DNA of 61,167 nucleotides, filler included, from Squatina squatina (GCA_031763465.1; 4 parts of 4 records of this genome joined end to end with filler, not necessarily neighbours in it); one strand, 5' to 3'. Shown: positions 47,802 to 61,167, counted from the whole stretch's first letter. Translations and numbers: made by a program. Notes: generated by a model not told the origin, from the sequence alone.

Positions 47802-48110
47802 TTGACTGGCTTTTTCTTTCTTTTTATGTACGTACATGGACATGTGCAACATAATGGTGACTGAAGTGCTTTCAAAACATTCTACAACAGTAACACCACT
47901 CTAAAGGAGTGTGATAACTGACATTTTAACTTTTGTAGCCTGATCACCAGAGGCTGTAATCATACGCATCTCTGAACTAATTTTGGGGTTAGGGGCACAT
48001 GACCACAGAAAACAATGCATTTTTAATACAGGACCAGGACGGGAATTTGTTGCCCTAATGCTTCTAGGAATAGTGACATTTGCCACAGAAAGCAGTTCCA
48101 ACCAGGTTAC

Positions 48111-48223
48111 CTCGGTTGGTATGTTGGTTGCTGATCCTGCTATGCCATTTTCTGTAGTGATGTTGTTGGAGCTGTTGTTAGGTGAGCTTGGGCCAGATCC
48201 AGGAGCACTGTTACAAGCTGAAT
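48111..48223 (-). CDS. HDAC4: Histone deacetylase 4, exon ([14 protein letters not shown])
   Basis: ttatcag|(D)[37 protein letters not shown]|gtaac; 113 nt, phase 1/0. Confidence 0.94.
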
Positions 48224-51200
48224 CTGATAAAATAGAAAAACAACCTATTAAAATTGATAACAAAATCTCACTAAGGAGACTCCAAGCTTAGAATACCACA
48301 TCACAGGCCACTTCTGTTAAATCACAAATGAATATAGCAGTAACTACTTGTATATTGCTGATAAGCCTTGCCACTTGCTTTGCCATGAGCACGCACAATA
48401 CACATTCCAAACCAAAGCTCTCCGATCCCATTTTCCTTTGCTCACTGGGCAAGTGTTTTGTGCCACTGCTCCTCACCAACTGATAGCAGGAAGTTACCAC
48501 TGAGAAATACAGGAATGAACCCAAGGTTCTACTCCATAGACGTGGTGCTCCTCATTCTTTGCATCAACCTGGCATAAAATATAGGAACTGCTCCATCCCA
48601 AAAATCTCCTGAAACATTCTTCCTCTGATTTGGTGACTTTGCCAACACTGAAATGGGGAAATCCAGTTTCACTGAACCAGCCTTCTCAAGAACCATGCCA
48701 TCAACCAGAAGNNNNNNNNNNNNNNNNNNNNNNNNNNNNNNNNNNNNNNNNNNNNNNNNNNNNNNNNNNNNNNNNNNNNNNNNNNNNNNNNNNNNNNNNN
48801 NNNNNNNNNNNATAGCATTACCCAGAGACAGTGAGCTCAGATGCATCTCTATTCTCTGGAGTTTTGAGCATGTGGGGCATTGAGTAGCAATTTAAGTATG
48901 TGAAGGAACTGCATACAAAATACAAAGCAGCATGAACCGTGTACGTGGACAGTTTCCTTCAAAACTATTTAGACTTTTAAAAATATAATAAACGAGGGCA
49001 GAGCCCACTGCAGGACGACTTATCGAAATACAAAAGCGCATTGAGATGGTTTATTATAATATTTGAAGAAGCATTATCGTTTCCAAATCTTAAACTATAA
49101 CATGGCGTATAACATTTTCAATGGCGAGGTTAACAGAGATGTTCATTAGGGTGCGAATGTTTACAAATATTGCATGGTATCCACATTCATAGGGAGAACG
49201 TCGCAATCGTTGTGCATAGAGGTTTTTTTGTACACTAAATCTATAATAGAAACAATCACAATTAACTATCAGATTATATGGGATTTAAAACCGACCACGA
49301 GCTGGAAGAGAACTTTTATTTTAGAAGACAGTGGAAGGCATCAATAAAGTTGCAAAACACAGGAGGAAAGACGGGAGATATTAAGTAGTGGTTTAATGAT
49401 ACCAAGTTTGGGATTTAAGATACTCTTGACTTGTCGCAGAAAGTGAAGATCGAGCCAAGTAAAGGTTTTGGGAAAAAATGCATTCGAAGAGGAAAAGCTG
49501 AATATACATTTAGCTAACAAAATCTATACAAGTATACACTTGGTACAATAGTTCGGGTTTAACTATCAGTGTACGTGACAGGAAACACAATTACCTGCCA
49601 TGATAAAAAGACATCTGTAAACAAAGTGATTTGTATCTTAACTTATTACAGAGACGAGAAGTTAAAAAAAAAGCTGTACAGGCGATAGCATTACAGGACA
49701 TGGTGCAATGTGCACAATTTGAACTGTAAATGTGTCACGTGAGCACTAAGTCGACATTTCCTACTTAAGCATTCAGTTTCCAGGAATTTCCAAAGCAGAG
49801 ATAGATGCAATTTAATATATTTATTCGTTTAACATGCATGTTAGTGCAATCAGCGACATATAAAATCGAAATATAATAATCGTATTTGAAAGCATATAGA
49901 CATCCGTGTTACAAACGTTTTATATCATTAATAATAATTTATAATACATCATCTTATTGAGAAATGAAATACACAACCTATCTGGAGATACACAAAGAGT
50001 AATGTCTTAGAAAATAGTTGCTTTAATTACTGTTTGGTGCATTCTATCCACTAAAATACAGTTGAAGACGCTCTAATGGACAGGCCATGTTTCCAATGGT
50101 AATAATCAACTATTATGTCATATATGGCAAGTTAATATTAATATTTGGATTCACATCTCGCTTTTGTGAGAAATCTTAAAAGGGACACAGAAAATAACGA
50201 GTGAAATAAAGAGACGGACTCTACGGAACGGAGTCAACAATGAATACTTCTCCACAAACCCCTCAACATTTCTGAACTTTCCTTCCAAAAGTATCAGAAA
50301 ATACTTCTGATCTCTTTAGAAACCGCAAGAAAACTTCCCGAGATTTTCCATATTATCGCTCCCCCGCCTCGCCTGCCAAGTTAGAAATAAGAGTCCGAGA
50401 GTTATAGCGAAGGATGTGTCCTCTGATCTAGAGTCTAACATTGGGGAGTTAATCTCCTACCACCGGGTAAACTTTAATCCAGAATTGCTCGGGAATATTG
50501 TCCCGGCTCCTGGCACAATCCCGGGTTTTGGGGGGAAATGTTGTGACTGACAGCTGGAGCTCCTGATTTCTTCTCGGCGTCACGACATGGTTGTTCAAAA
50601 TAAGTTTAAAAATGACAGACATTTTACTTTAAAAACACAACTGCAATGTAGGGCTACATTTGTCGCCCTCTAACGGTCAAGCAATCTTGCTCGGGTTAAA
50701 ATTCGATTCCTCTTAATGAAGAATTGCATTGTATTGATTTCAGTTTTTAAAGTTTGGAAATTTACCAGGTCTTGACTACTCTTTCACCAAAACGTTTCTG
50801 TACATCAGTAACTATCTTCAGACGAATTCTGTCTGCCGCTAAAGTCTGTGCAAACGTTTGAGTGCGAGTGCTGTTTTGCTAAAGCTTATGCTGACTATTT
50901 CCAATGTAGCTTATCTTTCTGTACATACAATTATAAATCTGCAAAACTGCAGTCAGCCCGTAAAGTTGCTGATTGGTGTGTGATATGTCACATGGTTATC
51001 ATGACTCAATCAGCTCCTCACAAGAACACAGGCAGCCATTTCTTGTAACTTATTTTGATATTTAGCTTTTTATTAAAATCACATTTCTTGTTCCTTTTTT
51101 CCTGGAGCCAGTTTAACCCACTCAGCTCCTCTGCTGTGCTTAACTCAATTGGTCTTTTTGAGCTCTCATCCAAACATGTGTGGTTGGAGGTATTCCTGGG

Positions 51201-51334
51201 GGTTGATCACATGACATACAAATGTCAGGCATTTACCTTATAAGAGGGTGACCATATTTCCTAAACTGAATGTCGGGGCACACAGGGTGGGAGCACAGCA
51301 AAGTAGCCAGGATGGAAAATGTAAGTTTCAAGTC

Positions 51335-52280
51335 CCAATACAAGTGCAAACTGGGGTCAAGCAAGGCTGTATCATTGCACCGACGCTCTTCTCCATTTTC
51401 TTCACCACAACATACTTCATCCCATCTCCATGAAGCTCCCCGCTGGAGTGGAGTGAATTTACAGGAAGAGTGGGAAACTGTTCAACCTCTGCCGCATCCA
51501 GTCCAGGTCCAAGACCACCCCAACCTCTATCATCGAACTGCAGTATACAGTCAACGTTGTGTCTGTGCACGCAGGGAGCTGAGCTCCAATCTATCATCGA
51601 TTTATTCACTGAGGCGTACGTGAGAATGGGCCTCACACTAAACATCCACAAGACAAAGGTCCTACACCAGCCGACCCCACAACACTGCCCCACAACTATC
51701 AAGATCCATGGCAAGTCCCTGGACAATGTGGATCACCTTCCACACCTTGGGAGCCTCCTCTCAGCAAGGGCAGATATAGATGACGAAATCCAACACCGCC
51801 CCCAGTGTGCCAGCACAGTCTTCGGTCGCCTGAGGAAAAGAATGAAGACAAAGACCTCAGACCCGGCATCGAGCTCATGGTCTACAGGGCAGCAGTGATA
51901 CCTGCCCTCCTGTACGCATCGGAGACATGGTCACTGTAAAGCAGGCACCTCAAAGCACTGGAGAAATACCACCTATGCTGTCTCCACAAAATCCTGCAAA
52001 TCAACTAGCAGGATAAATTCACCAACATCAGCGTCCTCTCTCAGGCCAACATCCCCAGCATCGAGGCACTGGTCACACTCAACCAACTGCGATGGGCGAG
52101 TCACATCGTCCGCATGCCTGATTCAAGACTCCCGAAACAAGCACTCTACTCTGAACTCCGCCATGGGAGTCGTCTCCCAGGATGGCAGAGGATACGTGAC
52201 AAGGACATCTTCAAGGCCACATTGAAAAAATGCAACATCCCCACCGACACATGGGAATCCGTGGCCCGAGACCCTTCGCA
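51335..52280 (+). mobile_element. RTE-clade LINE (RT to 3' region), decayed
   Basis: VQTGVKQGCIIAPTLFSIF...ELQSIIDLFTEAYVRMGLTLNIHKTKVL...LGSLLS..ADIDDEIQHR...HIVRMPDSRLPKQALYSEL; same family as 17465-17935. Confidence 0.92.
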
Positions 52281-53639
52281 ATAGAAATGAAACATCCAAT
52301 AAACCTAGTTCTGACTACAGAACAATCACTTCTGCAGAACACAATGTGCTTAAATATGTCTTCTGTGTAATTGTTATTCCTTCACATGATCATCTGAACA
52401 ACAAAATAAAAACACTTGCCATCCCTGGACCTGAAGATGAAATTGTGTGCACGTTCTCTCAAATGCTTGCTCAGGAAAGCTCTTGTTCTCCACAGTGAAT
52501 TACTAGTCGATTACAAGGCCCGTTGGGTCAGTATGCATTCAGTTTTAATGACAACTTGTAAGAATATTCCATTTGACTGTGCGTGGGCGCTGGACAATGA
52601 ATGCGCAGAGTGATTGGTCTGTTCAACAGGAAGTGTGTGTGGGCAGATGACAAAGATCACCTCTTCAACTCAAGAGACAGAACATTTAATGCTAAGCTCA
52701 ACAAAGCAGCTACACAAATTACAGGCTTCTTAGTGTCAGCCCACTCATGCAGTTTCAGCTTCCTTTGAATTACAGTACTCTCAATGGTGGAAGCTTTGTT
52801 GTTCTTAAATAGTGGTGACCTATACAAAAAGCCTCTAATTTATCTACTCACAACTGGGGTGATTTCATTCATTTTCATCTGTGTATCTAATTGCTATTAC
52901 CTGTTTGAAATACTGTACTTCACTAAAAATGAGCACTAAACACAATTTGAACAGCTCTCCTCAGGTAATTTGAATCATATAACTTATGTGGCTATAGTGT
53001 AACATTAACACAAAGGTATAATGCTGACTTTACACACAGCAATGCCAGTTCTAAACTAGCCATTCATTCAAGTTTCCCAAAGCTGTACAGCAAGTAGCTG
53101 TAACAACAGGGCTAAAAGGATTGGACAAGAGGCATTTTTTTTTTAATTAACAATTCAAGGCCAATAAGCATAATCCCAGTAACATCAGATTGTCTTCAAC
53201 TGCGCATGAAATTTCACAATCCCAATCTACTTTCATCTGAATAAATTAATATTTAGAGTCAACTACATGTCTGAATATTACTGGCAAGTGCTCATAATAC
53301 CAAGAATTGTACAGGCCAGAAATAGTTTTAGCCACCTCAGCCCAAACCATAATTCCTATAGCCATAGGACCANNNNNNNNNNNNNNNNNNNNNNNNNNNN
53401 NNNNNNNNNNNNNNNNNNNNNNNNNNNNNNNNNNNNNNNNNNNNNNNNNNNNNNNNNNNNNNNNNNNNNNNNACACAGAACACATCAAAGTGCAATTACT
53501 TTGCATTCAAGTTAATTCACTCAAGAGGTGCCTTCTTTGAGACAGAACTGCATAGAGAGAGACAGGTCTTTCTTTCCTGTTCTATAGAGTCAAGTTTAAT
53601 CAATGTGAGCAACAAAGCATTTCAAAGATCAAATAAGCA

Positions 53640-53790
53640 GCAACTTTAGCATCTCATCCAAAAGAGAGCACCTCCAACAATGCAGTTCTCTCTCAGCACT
53701 TCATTGCAATGCCAGCCTATGTGCTCAAGTCCTGGAATTGGGCTTGAACCCATGACCTAAAGTCACAGGTGGCAACGTTACCACTGAGCC
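53640..53790 (-). mobile_element. Deu-domain SINE
   Basis: Antisense Deu core (CATCTCATCCAAAAGAGAGCACCTCCAACAATGCAG) and tRNA-like head (CTTGAACCCATGACC...CCACTGAGCC). Confidence 0.7.
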
Positions 53791-53949
53791 TCTTGACTTT
53801 AGTTACAATCAAAACAATCCAATATAAAACAAAATATAGAAATTTGCGCTATTTGATTCAGGTCGAAAGCTCTGCTTTCACTACAAAGTATGATACATCA
53901 ATAAACTAGACTTGCTTTATGAAAATTTGTATTTCCAATGCAATGTTAC

Positions 53950-54071
53950 CTGTTTTTCTGAGTGGGAAGTCATCTTTGGGATCGTACATCCCTAGGACTG
54001 GATGATTGTATGAGGCAGATATGCTGCTTTGAGGTGGAGAACTCTGGTCTAATGAGCCATGCTGGGTTTTT
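53950..54071 (-). CDS. HDAC4: HDAC4 exon ending at the 14-3-3 site motif (LRKT-A)
   Basis: attgcag|[40 protein letters not shown]|gtaac; 122 nt. Confidence 0.96.
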
Positions 54072-54445
54072 CTGCAATAAAGAGAAGCCACACCAAAGAA
54101 TCAGGTTGCAATCCATGTAAAATATGCAGATAGTAAAGCTACTGAAACACATATGAATTCAGATTAATGGACTAAATAGTACTTGGCATTTTAATTAAAG
54201 GGAATTATTGTAACCATAAAATCTACCAGAGCAGATATCAATTTTGAAATTGTACAAAAATCAAAACTTATTAGAAAAGTCAGAGCTCCTAACACACTCC
54301 CAGATACTCAGCAGCTTTACAAAGAGAGTAGCTGAGCCCAATAGAGTTGGCAGGTCCCAGCTTAAATTCTCAATCAATGGTATGTTAACAGATCTCAACT
54401 GGAGGTTATGACAGGGTGCCACAATGGCTTCAATGCCCATGTTCG

Positions 54446-54715
54446 AATCATAGAATTGTATAGCACAGAAGGAGGCCATTCGGCCCATTGTACTTGTGTC
54501 AGCTCTTTGAAAGAGCTATCCAGTTAGTCCCACTCCCCCGCTCTTTCCCCATACCTCCGTAATTTTTTTCTTTTCAGGTATATATATTTAATTCCTTTTT
54601 GAAAGTTACGGTCCACCACCCTTTCAGGCAGCACGTTCCAGGTCATAATAAATCGCAGTATTAAAAAAATTCATGTTCCCTTTCATTCTTTTGCTAATGA
54701 TCCTAAATCTGATTA
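54446..54715 (-). mobile_element. CR1 LINE 3' end
   Basis: GAATCATAGAATTGTATAGCACAGAAGGAGGCCATTCGGCCCAT..., an antisense CR1 tail. Confidence 0.8.
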
Positions 54716-56950
54716 CCGACCCACCCCCATTTGGGAAGGGAAGATCATGTAGAAGTCCTCATCCTGTTTTCTTTCCAGAAACCACTGCGAGAAGTGCACC
54801 TCTCCAGATAATGAGGGAAGGATCAAACCCAGCAGTGATGCTCCCAGTCACTGAATAGCTTGCTGATACTTGCATTCTAGGCTTACACATGAATTATGGC
54901 CTTTTAAATCAAGGTAGCTTGGAGTGGGACCCGAGAGTACAATTGGTAGAGAAAATGGTCAGGAAACAATTATTTTACTCCTGTTTTGGCCCCACTTGCC
55001 ACATTTGTTTAAGTTGGATAAAAATGGTACTTGCTAAAAGAAACTATTCAATATATCAAGTTGTACTCTGTACTTCTGGATTAAAGCAGGGTGATAACAA
55101 ATACAACCCAATACTTTAACAAAAATGGATAACTAAACCCTAAAGGAACAAAAATGCCCTAAGTTAATTGCTAAAGAATACCTGTGTACATGATAGGCAA
55201 ACCTATGGCTAAGTGAGCATTACAAGGCAGTAATATGCTGAAAGGCCTACATATTATAAAATTTGGAAGGTTTAAGCCCCTAGTGGGTTATCTACAAACA
55301 CAAGAAGAGTTAGTACCTGAATTTTTTTTGAATAACTGACCTATGTGAACTGAAGTGATAGACTTTTATTAGAGAGAAAGAGCACACAAAGTACAATAGA
55401 TCTGAAACAAAATATTTTGAATTCAACAAAGGCAATAACATTTCATTTGTGAATTTGTACCACAGGAATACAATCTGAATGAGCAAGGATGCTTATGTGT
55501 AGTTTTCACTTAAAGATTGATGGTATCACGAAATATAATCACAAAACATTAAAAATCCGGAGTCCCATATAAAAAAGATGGAATTGGAACTATCCCAGAT
55601 ATGAGCCATTTCCAAGATGATGTGGGATGGAGTATGAGCCACTTTAGATAAACAAAATGAAGGAAATTGAAAGTTGAGTGTGGCCCATCTGGCTTAGCTT
55701 TTTGTTTCTATTCCTCCCCCCTCCTCTCCCCACCTTTTGGATCTCAAAAATGTTCCAATTATTTTNNNNNNNNNNNNNNNNNNNNNNNNNNNNNNNNNNN
55801 NNNNNNNNNNNNNNNNNNNNNNNNNNNNNNNNNNNNNNNNNNNNNNNNNNNNNNNNNNNNNNNNNCACAATATTGGTTTCTATAGTTAGTAGAAAAGAGG
55901 GTACTTAGACACACCATAAGCAAATACTAATTATATAAAGATTTAGTAAAAGTGTGATTTAGAAATGGCATATCTAACAGGTCAGCATCGCTGATCATTC
56001 TGTCAGAGTCAGCCTCATTCTGGGCATTTCTGTTTGCCAAAATCTGTCACTAGGACCTGTATTTAGCGGCTGGTAACAACTGACACCGATGAGTGGAACT
56101 GGGTTTGGATGTCTAGAATGCCAAGGTGGGTGGCACATTTCAAGCTATCGACACTCAAGACAGATATCAGTCATGTAGCTGATGAAGAAAATCAGACATT
56201 GGACAAGAGGTGCTGGAAGTACTATCCGGAGGTTAGGTATGAAAACACTCATTCATATCTATTGTGTTTTGCCTGATTACGCTTCTATGAAGAGCCTTGG
56301 GATGTCTACCTACATTAAAGGCACTATATAAATGAAAGTTATTGTTTGCCGTTGATTGGGTGGCAGAGAGGGAAGCAGATGCTGCTGAAACTCCACACCT
56401 CAAACGTTAGAACCACTGTTCGATGGGATAATGGCCCTGAAATCGCAATCTCCCTGGGTAGGAACGATGTGTTTACTTTCTGTCGTTAGGAAGATGGTAA
56501 TGAACTCAGACATTTAATAAGTTGTGCTGCCTCCCATGCCACTTATGCTCCTAGTACTACTAACCACCTAGCAAGGTCTCAAAGCACACGTCAATTATCA
56601 TGCCTTGTGGCGGGGGTCTAGATGAAGCATCTGTTGATGGAAGTTCAGAACTAAGTCAACCCTCTTTGCCAAGTAGTTCTGAGTATTTCAGGGCACAGTG
56701 ATGCTTGATGGACAGCCAGCCTGCCTCATCAATAGAATCTGTGGAGAATACTTCAACTTGGCTCCAGATACTGCTGCAAACTAATGCCTTAATGTGTAAC
56801 ATGGACCTAGCTGGACAAAAAATGGGAAGGTTTAGTGCTCTGCATTAGTATGCTGTGCAGCTGTAGCTTGTTAAACTCCAGCAGTACCCAGCATAGCTTT
56901 GAGGGTCCTTAAACCACCTGTGCCTAAACTCTGGAGTTGGTGAACAGGGT

Positions 56951-57087
56951 GCATCAATATAGGGAGAGTATGTGCCGTCTGTATAGGGCAAACTGGGGGC
57001 ATCAATATAGGGAGAGTATGTGCCGTCTGTATAGGGCAAACTGGGGGCATCAATATAGGGAGAGTATGTGCAGTCTGTATAAGGCAA
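56951..57087. repeat. Minisatellite, 48-bp unit x about 2.9
   Basis: Unit GCATCAATATAGGGAGAGTATGTGCCGTCTGTATAGGGCAAACTGGGG; two perfect copies and a third diverged, partial copy. Confidence 0.93.
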
Positions 57088-59208
57088 GCAAAAATAGGTT
57101 ACTTCTGTGGATTTCTCAGTAGCTTGTTTTGGACATTCTTAATTCAGATGCATCTCTGCATACCAGATATTCAGCTGGCCAAAATAGTCAGTGTACATAT
57201 CATCACATCATTGCAGCTGATCAGCCATACTTACCCGTACCAAAGTCTTGGGTCATTTGGGATGGAATGGTTTATTGCCCTATGTGCTGNNNNNNNNNNT
57301 GTGCTGCAGCTTTCTTTTTATTCAGGACAAACTCTTGAAGTCTCAACTTCACTTCTGTGCTTGCTACTGCACCTAAGAAACACAGTTACAAACAGAAGTT
57401 CCAGATTATCACAGGAATCAAAAATTTAAGATCAACAGGCAGATTATTTAGTGATTTTTCTCCAGTAAAATGGGTGCTTCAGTTTATTCCACAGCGGTGA
57501 ATGATAACTCCGCGGCCCAACAGTCTGATAGCTCACTGTAATGAATCATGTTTCAATCCACACACAATGTTCAATGAGTGAATCACCCGTGGAGCAAACA
57601 AAATTCGACTCACCAAGCTCAGCCTCCCATGGAAACCCCCACCCCCATCACAGGATCTAACTGCCTCTAATTCTCTAATGATTCCAAAGTTTTTGTCATC
57701 ACTACCTTATCCAGAATGACATTCTAACTATTAATTACACTTTGCAATAAGAGGTGATTCCTGACATCAGTCCTGAATTTGCCTTTAGCAATATTTGTTC
57801 AACAAAATACTTTAAAATGTCTAACTGCCAATCACATCTGATGTTTTCTTACAGAAAAATGAGATCTACATGTTCAAGCCTTAGAACTGGAACTTCCATC
57901 ACAGCACACTGCATTACTCACACCATTTAAAACAGGCACCAGCATAACTACACACTTTTCACAGGGTGATAATGATCTTGAGAAGGGTACATGGAATGAG
58001 TCACTTATCAAAGATGAGGGAAGGGGCAGAGTTGTTAGCTGCTGAACAGGAGTCCCGTTAAGTCAGTTCTCCCGAGGCCACCTGATCAAGAGCAGCCGAG
58101 TGCACAAGAAAATAGAATTTGGTAAGAGAGTTGTGGCTTCGACCACCCAGTTTGCCACTTCAGTTCAGTAAGCGTCGTCTACTGTGGGCGGCCAATGACT
58201 TTTGGAGCAGAGACCTTAGACACACAGGTTGAAAACATCCTTCAGGAATATAATTACTGAAAATAGCCAGGGGTTGAGGCAATTGCTGATTTCAGCATGC
58301 TTGGAGTCAAGATTCTCAATTCTATACTTGTCCGTGCCACAGACCTGATCTCAATCACAGAATGCATCAAGAACCATGGGAACAGGCAGGTGACCCTGAA
58401 TTCACAATCAGAAGCTGCCTCCAGACAAATGACTGGACAAGCCACAGCAAGAAACCCCCAACAGCCAGAACAGGACTGGCTATTGCTGGCTCATACAGTA
58501 AACTATTTGGGCTCACATCAGGTTAAGTTGTGTGGGGAGTAAAATCACAACCAGGTCTTCAAGAGACTTCAGTAATGAACCAACTATGCTCATTCCAGTA
58601 GGGATAAAGTAGAATTTCAGTAGCAGAGAGAAAACAAAGCACANNNNNNNNNNNNNNNNNNNNNNNNNNNNNNNNNNNNNNNNNNNNNNNNNNNNNNNNN
58701 NNNNNNNNNNNNNNNNNNNNNNNNNNNNNNNNNNNNNNNNNNNGAAATACTGGAAACAGGTAAAATTATATTTTGTACTACTTTACTGTACTGGAAGTAG
58801 ATTATAATAAAGACAGAATTTGTATAAAATCTCCTTGATGAAACTACTAGTCTATTCTGTTCCAACATCATCAATGCTATACCAGCAGTATCAATCCACT
58901 TAGCCAACTTTGTGGGGCGAGGGGAATGACAACTGCAATTTACACAATGTGCTGCACCAGTACACTTACTTGAACCAGAAACAACAAATGAACTCCTAAC
59001 AAGAGTTCAGATAATTAAAGTCAGCGAAGCATTTAACTGAACTGCTGAAATAAATGCAGTACCAAAATTCCACAGTTGAGAATATTGTACTGTGCATCTA
59101 AATGCTGTTTAGTTTGCAACTCTAACTGTATTTGAATCAATGAAGCTATATTTACCATATAGTTTGCTAAATACTACCAGTGCTTAACATTTGTCTATAA
59201 GCATTTAC

Positions 59209-59359
59209 TTTCTTTTCCTTTCTCCTTATTCTTTAGCAGCAGTAGTTTTTGTTCTCTGTGCTGTTTCTCCATCTCCTGTTCCTGACGATGCTGCTCCAAT
59301 TTACGCTGCTGTTCCAAAATTTCTTGTTGGTGCTTCAATGCAAGCAAGTCCTGTTGGTG
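59209..59359 (-). CDS. HDAC4: HDAC4 glutamine-rich region exon
   Basis: gttaag|[50 protein letters not shown]|gtaaat; 151 nt; absent from the ORF track. Confidence 0.95.
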
Positions 59360-60913
59360 CTTAACACAAAACAAAAATGGGAAGGTAAGCAGCTGATGTC
59401 TACATGTTAATCACTTAATAACTGAACCCTTCCCTGCATTCCCAATGTAAAGCATTGATGAAGTCCACTGTAACTGTAAAATTTATGACACACTTTGTAC
59501 TTTCCAGGTAGGTTACGGAGATGGGCGACTGGAGCACCTGCCTGTTTCAGGCGGGTGGCTTTTTGTAATATGCAAATCAGGGTCCTCTGATGTACCATGC
59601 ATACTCTGCCCATTTGTATGGGCATTGAATGCTGCTGAGCATGCCAATAGAGAATAATGACCTTCTACAGAAGGGAACAGTTGTTTATGGTTCTTGCCAA
59701 TTTTTGGCTCAGTAATACAGTTGACAACAGAAACTGTGCACAGACTATACCAGGGCACTTCAAATGTTGACAATGTGCTACAAGAGAAACAAAGTCGAGC
59801 GAATGTAGTCCGTCATTCTATACATAGTGAACCTGCCTCCACGCTGCTGTGAAATCGCCAATGGAGGGTATCCTTTTGATGCAGCAATGGGGGCTTTGGC
59901 TTCAGATTGGCTTGGGTGATCTGAAGCTGCCTAATCCAGACAGCTATGTGTCAGCTCTTGGGCCAGCCTAAAGTAACAACTCATATTATTCGAAAGAGAG
60001 TTACTTTTTCTGTTCTCAGAATGTGGGTAATGCTAGCAAGGCCACATTTATTGTCCAATCCGAGTTGCCATGAGAAGGTGGTAGTGGGTCTTCTCTCTGA
60101 ACGACTGAAGACCTTTTGCTGATGGAGCTCCCAAATGGAACATAGAAATTTGACAGTACAATCTGGGACTATTTTTTGCTAGTATATATTTTGATATCGA
60201 ATAGGGGCATTCTCTGAATAGTAGATGCTCTCTTAGATCTTGCTTCCCTTTAAAAGAAGTTCTGTACTTATGGACGGGAACGTCATGTTGGGAAAGACTA
60301 GGTGCAAGCAAAAAACCATTCGCTAAGAGCACCATTTTGTTTGACTTCCTCCAAAACGGGAATTCTTAAGTTATAGCATAAGAACCAAAAGGAGAAAAAA
60401 GCAAATAATTTATTTGAAACATCTTAAAACAAGATTTTTCCAAAATGNNNNNNNNNNNNNNNNNNNNNNNNNNNNNNNNNNNNNNNNNNNNNNNNNNNNN
60501 NNNNNNNNNNNNNNNNNNNNNNNNNNNNNNNNNNNNNNNNNNNNNNNACACAGTACACTGGAGCAGCAATGCATTATGCTTCTGTGTTATCTTACTGTCT
60601 CTCAAATTAAAATAACTAACCTTTTGGATGAAGGGGGAACAGATTAGTAGAGTAATTTTTTTTTCAATGAAACGTTCTGTAGTTACTCAGCTGAAAGATC
60701 TTTTGTATTAATGCAGCAAGGTATAAATTTACAAAAGTACATGCAAGTATGCATACAAACTATAACTTAAAAATAATCCATCACTACAGCTGAAATCACA
60801 GTATCAGATTAACCATACCTTTACAGTCAGTTCAGAATGGATACGCTATTACTATAAAAAGGAGCTATGGTCCAGCTGGAATTGGTCGCTGTGGTTTAAA
60901 TATCTTGGTTTAC

Positions 60914-61155
60914 CTTTATGTGCTCTTGTAGTTGGGCTTCATGTTGTCGTGAGAGCTGCTCATGTTGTCTCTGAAATTCTGCGATAAGAAGCTGACGCTG
61001 GATTTGTTGTTTCTGTTTCAGAGCAATCAATTCCTGTTGTAGCTGCTGTTCTCGCACATTGGGGTCGGCTGCTGGCACTGTAAACTGATGATCGAGCCGA
61101 AGATCCATTGGTGTACTGGGCTGGACTTGTGGAGGCAATGCTGTGCTTATATCAA
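60914..61155 (-). CDS. HDAC4: HDAC4 exon with the CtBP motif (PMDLR) and Gln-rich helix
   Basis: tttatag|(V)[24 protein letters not shown]...[47 protein letters not shown]|gtaaa; 242 nt. Confidence 0.97.
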
Positions 61156-61167
61156 CTATAAATGAAA

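Noticed and set aside
56951-57087. Direct repeats as a possible CRISPR array or repeat protein (ORFs 56845-57122)
   Set aside because: Units are contiguous with no unique spacers, the context is a vertebrate intron, and the ORFs arise because the 48-bp unit is a multiple of three.

Overview
Eukaryotic, intron-rich vertebrate DNA, almost certainly from a cartilaginous fish, judged from Deu-domain/SacSINE1-like SINEs, HER1/CR1, L2, RTE and Penelope remnants and Harbinger Myb/SANT relics. The window is not one locus. Three artificial linkers (44N-TTAATTAATTAA-44N at 13833-13932, 32482-32581 and 47702-47801) join four separate, heavily gapped records. Many 100-N gaps are placeholders of unknown size, so order across them is uncertain. 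Block 1 (1-13832) holds PRDX6 exons 4-5 (-), the large BBS12 coding exon (-) and a centrin gene (+, probably CETN4 from BBS12 synteny) with two tandem versions of its EF-hand-1 exon. Block 2 (13933-32481) is mostly repeats plus the last exon of a C-type lectin (-). Block 3 (32582-47701) has one UFD1 exon, exons of a divergent FKBP8-like gene and four HIRA exons (all +), i.e. 22q11.2-type synteny. Block 4 (47802-61167) has four HDAC4 exons (-). Best leads: the duplicated centrin exon, BBS12 sitting where PRDX6 intron 3 should be while lacking its own ATG, an FKBP8 paralog with out-of-order exons and a premature TGA, a candidate internal promoter and ATG micro-exon in HDAC4, and hammerhead-like cores in a Penelope-associated repeat. 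All family assignments come from recalled motifs, not database searches. No CRISPR array, rRNA or tRNA gene was found.
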